In this document: one piece after another, positions 24,632-36,297 of the stretch
Position numbering within the stretch: the stretch's first letter is position 1
How the letters are laid out: every line of letters starts with the position of its first letter
Assembly: GCF_006345805.1 (NCBI RefSeq)
Contig: NC_043010.1
Coordinates: 11,780,001 to 11,844,000 of the forward strand
DNA length: 64,000 nucleotides
Source: Octopus sinensis
Lineage: Eukaryota
Direction: 5' to 3'
The notes under the pieces: model-generated
Database searches by the model: none
What the model was told of the DNA's origin: nothing
What the model saw: the letters and a program-made list of their open reading frames with translations, nothing else
Program-made: the position numbers and the translations under genes

Positions 24632-26045
24632 TATATAGATAATAAATCACATAGTTTATACCTGGTAGCTTACTGGTAAGACACAGTCACTTTCACAGTG
24701 TTTGTTATGTATATGGTAAATGAAAGATCTCTCATGGGTGGGATACTTTACAGCTGTTTCAGGAGCATTTGACAGTACAGATGTGTCACTTCAGGTGATA
24801 AATAGATGTAACTCATTAAAATAACAGTTCTGCATTGTATCTTCTCATTTCATGTAAAGAAAAGCAGCAACTTAAAGGACATATCTTCATTTATATAGAA
24901 GGAGGGGGATGCAGAGGTGGGTGGAGCGGGGAGAAGGTGAGGAGGGGAAGGGGAAGGGGGAGGAGGGAGGGAGGATGAGGAGGAGGAGGAGGATATGTAT
25001 CTGGGACTATGTTGTATGCCTTGCATTCTTAAAACTGTGAGGTGCGATTAGAGAAAGATTTGGTTTTCCATCTCAGAATTTCAAGCAACTATATAGAGAT
25101 CGCTACCTTTTTTTAAATCTTTTTATTCATTTAGCAGCATACCCTATAAGTTTGTGGAACAGACTGTGATTTTTTCAAAATTTACAAAATGCATACATTT
25201 TAAATCTCACAGAGCCTTACTTCATTTTTTTTTTTCACCTTTTGTAGGTAATAACATAAAGCAGCAGTCAAGTACAAAGAGCCAGTCTTTCTAATAATAA
25301 TAATAATAATAATAAAAACACGTTTTAAACGAAACAATATGGGTTGTATCGTTATTCATAACTTTGTTGAAATATATGTCTTGCGTTGGTTTTAGAGTTA
25401 AAGACAGAATTATGAATCATCAATACAAACGTTTCTGTATGCTTTCAGCTTTCTTTATCTAAAAAATATCTGATAAATTAGCAAAATTTACAACTCTAAC
25501 ACTTGTTTCAAATCGACTTTGAATCTACATTCTCTTTACTATCTCTTAAAAATCTACATTGAAACCTAACAGGTTTTTGTGACTTTTTTTTTGTGTTGTG
25601 TGTTTAACTTTTATATAGATGTACTTCTGTTACGTGTGAAGAAACAGTTCTTGTTCTTAAATCCCAGTAGAAAATAATAAATAATAAATCTAATATAATA
25701 TTTTTCCCTCAACATATTTTCTTCTATTCTGTAGCAAACAGATAAGACAGCAAATTATGCATCACAAATTGACAAGACAAATTCAATAATCATTTGCTCT
25801 TTTGGAAGAACACAGCAGAAATATATAGAAACGAAGTAAAACAAAGATAGCAATACAAAATAAAATTTTCCAAAAATTAATTAGTTGCTTAAGTTGTCAC
25901 TGATATTTAGAACAGTATATAGAGTTTTGTCTATTAACAAAAGTAGCAGAAATTTTTAGAATTTTCTATGAAAACTGAACATTGTATGTGGTGTTTGGTG
26001 GAAAGTTCAATCCATTTTTGGTAAAAGCCTCTTGTTATAATTAGG

Positions 26046-26209
26046 CACAGGCATGGTTGTGGGGTTAACAAAGCACATTTGCAACCACATGATTTCAGGT
26101 TCAGTCCCACTGTGTGGCATTTTGAGTGTTCTCTATAGCCCCAGGCTGACTAATGCCTTGTGAGTGAATTTGATTGACAGAAACTTTGCGGAAGCTTTGT
26201 GTGTGTGTG

Positions 26210-26258
<49 letters not shown>

Positions 26259-26620
26259 AGTGTGTGTGTGTAAGTGTGTTTGTGTAAGTGTGTGTGTGTA
26301 AGTGTGTGTGTGTAAGTGTGTGTGTGTGTGTGAGTGTGTGTTTGTGTGTGTGTGTGTAAGTGTGTGTTTGTGTGTGTGTGTGTGTAAGTGTGTGTTTGTG
26401 TGTGTGTGTGTGTGTGTAAGTGCATGTTTGTCTTCACCACCTCTTGACAACTGGTTTGCTTGTTTATGTCTCTCTAACTTAGCTGTTCAGCAAAAATTAC
26501 CAATAAAATAAATACCAATTTTTAAAAAGATTGGTATTTATTCAGTTGGTTTGAATAAACTCTTCAAAGTGGTGTTCTAGCATGGCCACAGTCCAGTGAC
26601 TGAAACAAGTAAAAGATAAG
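26046..26620 (+). mobile_element. SINE family A, old copy with ~230-bp compound TG repeat
   Basis: Degenerate head and tail around (TG)n/TAAG/TTTG units at 26197-26425. Confidence 0.75.
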
Positions 26621-27978
26621 AAGTATGTGCATACAAGAAAATGAAGAGAATCTTTATATGAAAGAATTACCATTATTACACAACATGGTTATTAATATCT
26701 TTTTCTGTCCATGCAACTATGCTTCACATTTGCAGATTACACAACAATACATGATCTGAGCAAACACTTTTGTCATAGTTCAATCTGCTAGAAATAGAAA
26801 CTAAATGTCCTTAAACCAAGCTTTCTCACACCAGATACACTAGATAGCTGCAGCACCCCAATGACCCCCAAAGGGTTACGGGACTTGTCAAATGTCAATA
26901 TTCTTCTTGCAACAAATTGATATATGTGTCCCCTCATTCTACCTTTTCTACTACTACTACAATGGTCTCTGTTCCTCAGAGCCAACTGGCTGGCCTCATA
27001 CTTGCTCTCACAAGCTTTACATGTCCCTTTCTGTTGCTACCCATGTTGTGTATCTTTCTATCACAGATTTACCTTTTATATTAAACATTATGCCCAGTTC
27101 TCCTTTGACAGAATAACATCAGTTCTCTAGAATTCACACTCGGCCCTTGTTTTTCCTGTTGAAGAACATCACCAATATTGATTTTACTTGTATCAGTTGT
27201 GTTGTTGTGTACATTTTCGTCAAACACTTTGAGGACAAATGCGTGAGAAGTATAGTTTCAAAACCCCATTGGTAGACACAGAAGTATTCATGACATCCAA
27301 GCTGTAGTGATCTTTATATAATCTATAAACGATTCTAAATAGCAATTTATGCAATGAAAAATATTTGCCTGCAGCTATGCTTTGATGAAATATTAAAGTG
27401 TTCAGAAAGTAATATGAAAACCTTACAACTATATTGACTCCATCTAAATATGGTAGGCCTAAATGAAAGTCACAATATGAAGAAAGCTATTATATGGTGT
27501 TACAACAATTGGCCTTAAAACATTCTGAACAAGGAAGACACCACTAAAATATTGCCTTCCTTGAGAAATACATAAATGAGAAGCTTTCATCTAACTGTTG
27601 TTATTGTTGTTGTTGCTGTTGTTGTTGTTGTAATTTCTGTATTGCTGTTGTAGTAGTTGTTGTTGAAGTTGTCATTGTTATCATTGTCATTAGCTTTAGG
27701 TAAACCTCGATCAAGAAAACTGAAGATCAGAGGTATTTCAGCTGTGTGAGCATCCCACATTTTCAGGCTATTTGGGATTAAAACCTGCTTTTATTTATTT
27801 ATTTATTAATTATTTATTTACTAATTTATCTATTTATTTATTCTGAGATAGTAAGGTGTGCTTTGAAAGAGGTTTGGTTGCTATTTCTAGCAAGTTGTAC
27901 GATTGCCTGGAGATCTTGTTGGAGGCTCATTTCATCCAGTCGCATACAAGAGTTAGATACAAAAGCTAAATAACTTAC

Positions 27979-28050
27979 TTTAAATCTATCGTTGGAAAGA
28001 TAGAAATAATCTTCCATGAGTGACATCAACCACAGCCAATGAGATTGAAA
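27979..28050 (-). CDS. Candidate exon of unidentified host gene
   Basis: Minus strand tttccttttatctgtgaatttggtaag|TTTCAATCT...AGATTTAAA|gtaagt; FQSHWLWLMSLMEDYFYLSNDRFK, phase 0 to 0; AAG acceptor is atypical. Confidence 0.22.
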
Positions 28051-28253
28051 CTTACCAAATTCACAGATAAAAGGAAATTTCAGTTCTTTGTCTTTTATTT
28101 TCAACATTTTTTTGGTCATTGGACATTTGGTCAAACAGATCAATTCCAGTACCTTACATTTTGAAGCATTTTTACAGGGATATAAACAAACCAACACTGG
28201 TTGATGAGTGGTCAGAAGGACAAATGCAAAACAGTATCCATACATAAATACAT

Positions 28254-28310
<57 letters not shown>

Positions 28311-28317
28311 GAAAGAG

Positions 28318-28365
<48 letters not shown>

Positions 28366-28572
28366 GTGTGAATTTTTCCCCTTGTTAAGAATTAACATGG
28401 CAAAAAATAGATAAATAGTTACCAGGATAGCAAAAATTCATACAAGTAAAAAGGTTGTAACTCTGTTTTTAAAGGGTTTACATGAAATTTTTTGTATAAT
28501 ATGTGTCGGAAGTAAAAGAATTTGAATTACACCCGTGTTAAACTCCATTTATTTATTTATACATACATACAT

Positions 28573-28651
<79 letters not shown>

Positions 28652-28660
28652 CATATATAC

Positions 28661-28823
28661 AACGGGCTTCTTTTCAGTTTCTGTCTACCAAATCCACTCA
28701 CAAGGCTTTGGTCGGCCCGAGGTTATAGTAGAAGGCACTTGCCCAAGGTGTCACGCAATGGAACTGAACCCGGAACCATGTGGTTTGTAAGCAAGCTACT
28801 TACCACACCGCCACTCCTACGCC
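28661..28823 (-). mobile_element. SINE family A, head half only
   Basis: Head to AAAGAAGCCCGT, ending in TA tract. Confidence 0.85.
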
Positions 28824-29154
28824 TATTGCTCATTATTTTCAAAATTTTTTGCAGCAAAGACTGAATTTCAGTAAAAATATGATAAAACAAGGGCTAAATT
28901 AATAAATGAACAAACAATACTAGTATGATAGACTTAATCATCTATTTATTTTTAATTGTCAAGGGTAGTTTGGTACCCATGATCCTTTTGAGGGTCTCTA
29001 TGACAGTTGACCCTGAAAGATCTTGAGGAAGTTATACTAAGCCTAGTGATCTAATATACATGCTTGCAACAAGATGGGCCTCTGTTCTATATTTTTGAGA
29101 TGAGAAAATCTGTACATTATTTACATTATTTACATTGGATGTATATGATGAATG

Positions 29155-29985
29155 AATGTTCGACCTTCGGGTTCGAAGATGACCATTGATATCATTTGGT
29201 GGAATTGCTGCTATGAGACCGGAGGTGGCTGGTGAGGCCAATCCGGGCAAGAAAGCCCCTCCCACAGGTGGGGCAGAAGTGGGTAGGGGCTGTGCTATTG
29301 GTGCAGATGGCTCTGGCTTTCCGCATCTGGCGTTTCTGTTCTGCTGACTGAATCCGTCTCTCCTCAGCTGTCTTTGCTCCTGTGGTGATTACGCTGCGCC
29401 AGGATGAGCGGTTGGCAGCAAGTGTCTCCCAAGTCTCTGTGCCGATGGAGAAGTCTTTGAGAGAGACTTTGAGACTGTCCTTGAAGCGCTTCTTCTGCCC
29501 TCCGACTTTGCGTTTGCCCTGGCTGAGTTCACTGTAGAAGAGCTGTTTTGGGATGTGAGTGTCGGACATGCGGAAGACGTGGCCTGCCCATCTCAGCTGG
29601 GCCTTGCGCATGATCATGATGGTGCTAGGGAGATCTGCCTGCTTCAGAACTTCCATGTCTGGGACTTTGTCCTGCCAGTGGATGTGAAGGAGGTTCCGAA
29701 GACACCTGAGGTGGAATTGGTTTATCTGGCGCATGTGCCTTCGGTAAGCAGTCCACGTCTCGCAGCCGTATAGTAGGGTGGTAAGCACGACTGCCCGGTA
29801 GACTTTCAGCCTGGTGTTGAGGCTGATTCCTCTCTGCTCCCGACTTTCTTTTGCAGTCTCCCAAATGCGCTGCTTGCCTTGGAGATTCTGTTGATGATTT
29901 CAGCATCTATGTTGGCATTGCAGGAGAGAGTGCTGCCCAAGTAGGTGAAGTTTTCCACCGCTCGTAGGATCCGTCCGTTCACCTT
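29155..29985 (-). mobile_element. RTE-clade LINE 3' end with C-terminal zinc finger, 5'-truncated
   Basis: ORF 29192-29788 TTLLYGCETWTAY...LRWAGHV.RM...PKQLFYSEL..GKRKVGGQKKRFKD...CPTCGRGFLARIGLTSHLRSH; upstream VENFTYLGS; CATT/CAT tail. Confidence 0.95.
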
Positions 29986-29994
29986 TATGGATAT

Positions 29995-30505
29995 GATAAA
30001 CTTAAATGATCACCCATGTCTTCAATGAGGTCCATCCTTATTTATATTATTTACACTGGACGCATGTATCATCATCTTGTTTGTTGTCACCACAATGTTT
30101 CAGCTAATTTACCCTCCAGCCTTCATCAGGTGTCCTAATAGAATTTTGAAAGGATACAAAAATATTAGGTTTATAAAATTCACACTATAATTTTCCCATG
30201 AGCATACAACGTAATGGTTAAGAACACGGGCTACTAACCCCAAGATTGTGAGCTCAATTCCAGGCAGTTCTTTGAATAAATAATAATAATAATAATAACA
30301 ACATCAGTAAAAATATACCTTAGGAATGAGATCCCAAGGTTGGGTTCAAAATTCTACTAGAACACCTGATGAAGGCTGGAGAGTAAATCAGCCGAAATGT
30401 TGTGGTGACAATAAAGAAGATGAGAACACATATATGTCCGGTGTAAATAATATAAATAAGGATGGGTCTCCTTGAAGACATCGGTGATCATTTAAGTTTA
30501 CCATA
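29995..30505 (+). mobile_element. tRNA-headed element with hammerhead-like motif, preceded by an inverted copy of its tail
   Basis: Inverted arms 29998-30150 / 30344-30502; tRNA-like head ~30203-30266; (AAT)n; CTGATGA-A-GGCTG...CAGCC-GAAA at 30366-30397. Confidence 0.8.
30361..30406 (+). ncRNA. Minimal type I hammerhead ribozyme-like motif
   Basis: Stem I (AA)CAC/GTG(GT); core CTGATGA; extra A; stem II GGCTG/CAGCC; GAAA; TGTT (ancestral CGTT inferred, GUU site); activity untested. Confidence 0.65.
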
Positions 30506-32391
30506 AAAGAGTATCTAGCAATAGTTGTTCAGCTTTCTTTGATTCTGAGAAGTAAAATGAATTGATGATGTGATGTTCATTTCTTTTTTAATGATTCAAC
30601 ATCATAAATGGAACAAAACGAATGCTGTTAGGAACTAAAATAATGCTTCAGACTTTGTTTCACCAAAAGGTAAGAACATTTAAAATTATGCCTTTAAAAT
30701 TTTCTCAGCTCTTAACACAATGCAAATGTAAATATGTGAGAATATAGCTTCTTCATAATGGCCCTCCAATTAATGTATCAAGAAAAAGATAGAGGCTGTA
30801 TATTTTGTTACATATAAAATAGTCTTTGTACTCTTAGCTAGTTATTGTGTTAACCCACCTCACACAGGTGAGCTCTATTTGAGTAAACATATAATCGAAG
30901 GCTTTGACCATCTTTATTTTTAGGATTATCTAGGGCTACATTGTCAAATAAAGATAGTCCTAGATGACCCTTTAAAACAGTAAGGGTGAGATTTGAAGAA
31001 ATTTTTTTAAACACATAGTGTCTCCTAGTTGACAGTTAAGATAACGGAAATAATCATTTCTTTGTGATATTCAGCAGGATCAGAATTTTGAATTTGAAAT
31101 TAAGGAATAGAGTACACACATTTAATTTCTTTTGCATACTTATGAAGGTTTAAAAATTTCTAGTCAGTGGTAATCATGTATAGCACTATTTCATTCTTTT
31201 TAGAAATTGTCAACATGATATAACCTGAGGTATATTAATTAAATATTTTATGAAGCGAGACATTTCTTATAGATAGAAAATAATTACATTGTGAAAGAAA
31301 TTCATAGAATATGTGTTTTTCTTGTTTTTATTTTCAGCAAGTCAAGCAATCATATGAAGGTCTATTCTCTCTCTCATAGTCTCTGAAAGGGGTAGATAGA
31401 TACCATGAGAAATATTCTTAACTGCAGCAACAAATCTAATCTCAACTATTTGTTTTTCATATTAATAGTCATAAATTTAATTTTATTTCCTATTGTTCTC
31501 TTTCTTTTACAATCATTGAGTGTATTCATAATTCTAATGATTTTAGAAAAGAAATGCCTATATTCTCTTTGCTATTTCTACATCCATTTTTCTTTTCTTT
31601 TTCTCTGTATACTTTATGTGAGATATTGGAAAAAACAGAGACTGAACACATTTATTACTTATATTTTGTCATTGGCTGCTAACAAACTGTTTTGCATTGT
31701 CACTCTAAATTTGAAAATCAGTTTTATTTTTTGGCTTCTTTTTTAGCTAAGAAGTCTTAGCAGAATATATATTTTTTCTCCATTTTTTTTAGTTTTTTCA
31801 TGTAAATGACTTTATAGGTTACAACAAAAGATTTCTTTCTTTCTCTTTCTCTTTGTCTGTTACTCCCCAAAGACATTTCCATCTAGACAGATATTTAATA
31901 ATACACTGGTTTATTCTTACAATATATATTCAATAAGATTAATCTAGCTAACGGTATAAACAGGCTGTTTTATTTTACAACAAATATTTTGCAATGTTGC
32001 TGTAAGTAAATTATGCTCTGAAGTGTACTAGAGGAGTACTGAACCAATGTGTGCTGAACATATAATAAGATAAATGAGAACATTGTTTTATGAAATAAAT
32101 ACCATATGTTTAACTATGTTTATAAACAGTGGCAGTAAATGTAAATTATATAGAAAGAGTGTAGATGTGTATTAGGAATAAATATTGAATATATTGTGCT
32201 CCCAGATATATTATAAATACAGCAAACACTGTAGGTTCAATTTATTGCTATAACTGAGAATTATTCTGCTTTCATGGCATCTATTTACGACCAACTGGAC
32301 TGAGCCTCATAGCAACATTCACTCTAACATTCTTTCGGCTTCTATCTTTACTTTTACACTTACTCATTTATATATATCTATATATATATAT

Positions 32392-32605
32392 ATACAAAAT
32401 TTAGAGGACTGACCACTAAAAGTGGACAGTCTGAATGCTAGATATAGGCGTCAAATCGCCATTTTCCACGAAGAATGTGTTCTCAAGAAAAATCTCAGCA
32501 AAGTTTTTTCTTGAGAACACATTCTTCGTGGAAAATGGCGATTCGACATCTATATCTAGCATACAGGCTGTCCACTTTTAGTGGTCAGTCCTCTAAATTT
32601 TGTAT
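32392..32605. repeat. Foldback palindrome, ~100-bp arms, ~11-nt spacer
   Basis: ATACAAAATTTAGAGGACTGACCACTAAAAGTGGACAG ... CTGTCCACTTTTAGTGGTCAGTCCTCTAAATTTTGTAT. Confidence 0.92.
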
Positions 32606-32999
32606 GTAAAAAAAATGTTTAATCTTTTTTTAAATATGCTAGGCCACTGGTTTTAATTGAGTAATATCAATTTCTACCCTTATTTAATTTTAAATATATA
32701 TATATATATGTATATATAGTCAATTCAAATAAAAGAATGATAAGATTAACAATACAAAAACAACAAACGGAATGTATTAGTTTGAAGCTCAGTAAAAAGA
32801 GAGTTTTTGATATTTCGAGCATAACTCTCTCTTCATATGATGGTAATCAATTAGTAGAATCATTAGAGAGTTAGATAGAAAGCCTTGTAGCATTCATTTC
32901 AATTCTTTGTCCTCTAAGTTCAGATCCATTTGTGGTCAGTTTTACCTTAGTTTTTTTTTTGGTGGGGGGAGGGGTGATAAAAAAACAGAACTAATCCAG

Positions 33000-33150
33000 G
33001 ACAGCCTCGCCTGGCACCTGTGCCACTGGCACGTAAAATGCACCCACTGCACTCATGGAGTGGTTGGCGTTAGGAAGGGCATCCAGCCGTAGAAACATTG
33101 CCAGATCAGACTGGGCCTGGTGCAGCCTTCTGGCTTCCCAGACACCAGAA
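33000..33150 (+). mobile_element. SINE family C, 3'-truncated
   Basis: Core GGTTGGCGTTAGGAAGGGCATCCAGCCGTAGAAAC. Confidence 0.85.
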
Positions 33151-33417
33151 TGCTTGAGTATCAAATAAGTTACCTTTTGATATCTATTCCAGCCCTTTGT
33201 ATTATGAAAGCAATTCTTGTGACAAGACTGATGCTGAGTTGTATCAGCCATAAAGTGGCAGCTTTTCCCTTGGACAAAATTGGTGGCATGGAGAGAGAAA
33301 AGACTAGCAGACATGGGCAGCTGCTAAACTTCCACAGGGCTGGTAACAGAAAGGGCATCCAACCCTAAAACACATGCCAAAAACAGAATGTACAAGTCAG
33401 ACAAATTTCCCAATCAA

Positions 33418-33582
33418 GGCGCAGGATTGGCTGTGTGGTAAGTAGCTTGCTAACCAACCACATGGTTCCGGGTTCAGTCCCACTGCGTGGCATCTTGGGC
33501 AAGTGCCTTCTGCTATAGCCCCGGGCCGACCAATGCCTTGTGAGTGGATTTGGTAGACGGAAACTGAAAGAAGCCTGTCGTA

Positions 33583-33635
<53 letters not shown>

Positions 33636-33838
33636 GTGTGTTTGTCCCCCTAGCATTGCTTGACAACCGATGCTGGTGTGTTTACGTCCCCGTCACTTAG
33701 CGGTTCGGCAAAAGAGACCGATAGAATAAGTACTGGGCTTACAAAGAATAGGTCCTGGGGTCGATTTGCTCGACTAAAGGCGGTGCTCCAGCATGGCCGC
33801 AGTCAAATGACTGAAACAAGTAAAAGAGTAAAAGAGAG
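33418..33838 (+). mobile_element. SINE family A, full length
   Basis: Complete head, TA tract and tail. Confidence 0.92.
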
Positions 33839-34033
33839 TAATCTAGATGAGTAGTAACACCAAACATGAACTGATTCAAACCATAAAGACCCATTCCACC
33901 CATGCCAGAATAGAAAACTTGAGGTAAAACAAAGTAAAACGATGATGGTGATAGTGATAGTGGGGATGATGATGTTTACATACATCACAAATTTATATGT
34001 AAGTATATCAGAAACCAATATCAGAAACAAAAA

Positions 34034-34445
34034 GGTGGCGAGCTGGCAGAAACGTTAGCACGCCAGGTGAAATGCTTAGTGGTATTTCGTCTGCCACTAT
34101 GTTCTGAGTTCAAATTCCGCCGAAGTTGACTTTGCCTTTCATCCTTTCGGGGTCGATAAATTAAGTACCAGTTACGCACTGGGGTCGATGTGATCGACTT
34201 AATACCTATGTCTGTCCTTGTTTGTCCCCTCTGTGTTTAGCCCCTTGTGGGTAATAAAGAAATAGGTATTTCGTCTGCCATTATGTTCTGAGTTCAAATT
34301 TCGCTGATGTTGACTTTGCCTTTCATCCTTTCGAGGTTGATAAATTATTAGTTATGAACTGGGGTCATTGTAATCGACTTAATCCCTTTGTCTGTCCTTG
34401 TTTGTCCCCTCCATGTTTAGCCCCTTGTGGGCAATAGAGAAATAA
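34034..34445 (+). mobile_element. SINE family B head-to-tail dimer
   Basis: Full copy 34034-34266, then headless copy from TATTTCGTCTGCC. Confidence 0.9.
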
Positions 34446-34564
34446 GAAACCAATATGCACAATCATACCTATACATGCACATATAACACACACACACACA
34501 CACATATGTATATAATGTATATATGTATATATATATGTGTGTGTGTGTATATATATATATATAT

Positions 34565-34825
34565 GGCCTCCGTGCAGGTGGCACGTAAAAAGCACCATCC
34601 GATCGTGGCCGTTGCCAGCCTCCTCTGGCCCCTGTGCCGGTGGCACGTAAAAAGCACCCACTATACTCATGGAGTGGTTGGCGTTAGGAAGGGCATCCAG
34701 CCGTAGAAACATTGCCAGATCAGACTGGGCCTGGTGCAGCCATCTGGCTTCCCAGACCCCAGTTGCACCGTCCAACCCATGCCAGCATGGAAAGCGGACG
34801 CTAAACGATGATGATGATGATGGTG
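34565..34825 (+). mobile_element. SINE family C
   Basis: Subrepeats, core and (GAT)n tail. Confidence 0.88.
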
Positions 34826-35466
34826 ATGTAATATTTGTGTGTGTATTTGGGTTATTCTATATATATACATACATATGTACGTATGTATGTATGTATGGGT
34901 TTCTTCATATTTCTTTCAAATTCTACAAATATGTTGTCTGATTCAAGTTTATGGTAAGGAGACAGTTATCAAAGCAATGGAATTGAGCCCAGAAGCACAT
35001 GGCTGAATGTGTGAATTAAACTTCTTAATGACACCTGTGGCCACACTTACGCATATTTACATAGGATGAGATCGTATCTTCTCAATAGATACCTATTATT
35101 CTGAGAAGTCAAAACCTAGCATAACTTATACATTTTGACTTCTTCTTAATTTAAAAATGAAGTTAATTTTTGTAGAAGTGTCTTGTACAGAAAGGAATAA
35201 CTAACAATAGAGTTGCTTTACCTTTCATCTGCTGCCGGTTTCAGTCATTGGACTGCAGCCATGCTAGGATATTGCCTAAGTTTAACAAATCGACTCCAGT
35301 ATTTATCTTGTTCCTTTTCTAAGTCTGGTACTTATTTTGTTAGTCTTTTTCACCAAAATGCTATGTTATGAGAATGAAAACAAGCCACCACAAATGCTGA
35401 AGGACAAACACCAACAAAAACACAAAGTCACATGTGCATATCCATACTTACATACATACATATATG

Positions 35467-35855
35467 GATGATGGAAGCACTCCATCGGTTACGACGACAA
35501 GGGTTCCGGTCGATCCGAATCAACGGAACAGCCTACTCGTGAAATTAACGTGTAAGTGGCTGAGCACTCCACAGATACGTGTACCCTTAATGTAGTTCTC
35601 GGGGATATTCAGCGTGACACAGAGTGTGACAAGGCCGGCTCTTTGAAATTCAGGTACAACAGAAATGGGAAGTAAGTGTGAGAGAAAGTTGTGGTGAAAG
35701 AGTACAGCAGGGATCACCACCATCCCCTGCCGGAGCCTCGTAGAGTTTTAGGTGTTTTCGCTCAATAAACACTCACAACGCCCGGTCCGGGAATCGAAAC
35801 CGCGATCCTATGACCGCAAGTCTGCTGCCCTAACCACTGGGCCATTGCGCCTCCA
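35467..35855 (-). mobile_element. SINE family D, full length (tRNA-derived head)
   Basis: Minus-strand head GGAGGCGCAATGGCCCAGTGGTTAGGGCAGC...GGTTTCGATTCCCGG; body matches 61140-61422; variants at 40225-40515, 49845-50085, 53960-54245. Confidence 0.9.
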
Positions 35856-35986
35856 CACATATATACATACATGCATTCATATATATATTATCCAAAGTTT
35901 ACAGTATTATATATCCATCACGGCTGATCTTAACAATCAATTTCACACTAGAGGTATAATGGAGTGTTAGGTACCAATCTGACTAT

Positions 35987-36070
35987 ATAACCCTACGCTC
36001 ATCAGAGGTAGCCGGTATGGATTGAAGTATTTCATTCCATATTGGCTACCTCTGACGAGTGTAGGGTTAT
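35987..36070. repeat. Short hairpin (27-bp arms)
   Basis: ATAACCCTACGCTCATCAGAGGTAGCC / GGCTACCTCTGACGAGTGTAGGGTTAT. Confidence 0.85.
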
Positions 36071-36297
36071 TCAACTGGGTTGTTACCGAACTCTCTGTTG
36101 TACCCTTAGTGTTGAAACCTATTAGTAGGATCACCCATGATGGGTATATAATACTTTTTACTTTGGATAATATACCCACTCTATTGACAGACATATGAGT
36201 GCATCTTTTTCCTGACTTATGGACTTTTAGACGACTTTTGGTCTCTCTCTCTCTCTGTATACATATGTATATACACACACACACACATATATATATA

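Noticed and set aside
24660-24800. Open minus-strand frame ending at CAG|gtataa
   Set aside because: Overlaps the dispersed repeat shared with ~18210.
28056-28260. Exon ending at G|gtaagt (28056) within ORF 27838-28398
   Set aside because: Most of the upstream sequence is a degenerate family-A SINE tail and microsatellite.
30229-30240. TACTAAC branch-point consensus in the element head
   Set aside because: Explained as the anticodon loop of the tRNA-derived head; no linked acceptor.
32803-32843. Minus-strand ATGAAGA-GAG..CTC-GAAA-TATC hammerhead-like motif
   Set aside because: C3 missing and stem I does not pair; too degenerate to call.
35760-35855. Possible tRNA gene
   Set aside because: Attached to a SINE body and lacks a complete acceptor stem; same for the heads at 30203 and 43972.
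36044-36140. CTGACGA...GAAACCTA..TAGG as a hammerhead
   Set aside because: Stem II is long and imperfect, and no stem I partner or correct NUH register was found.
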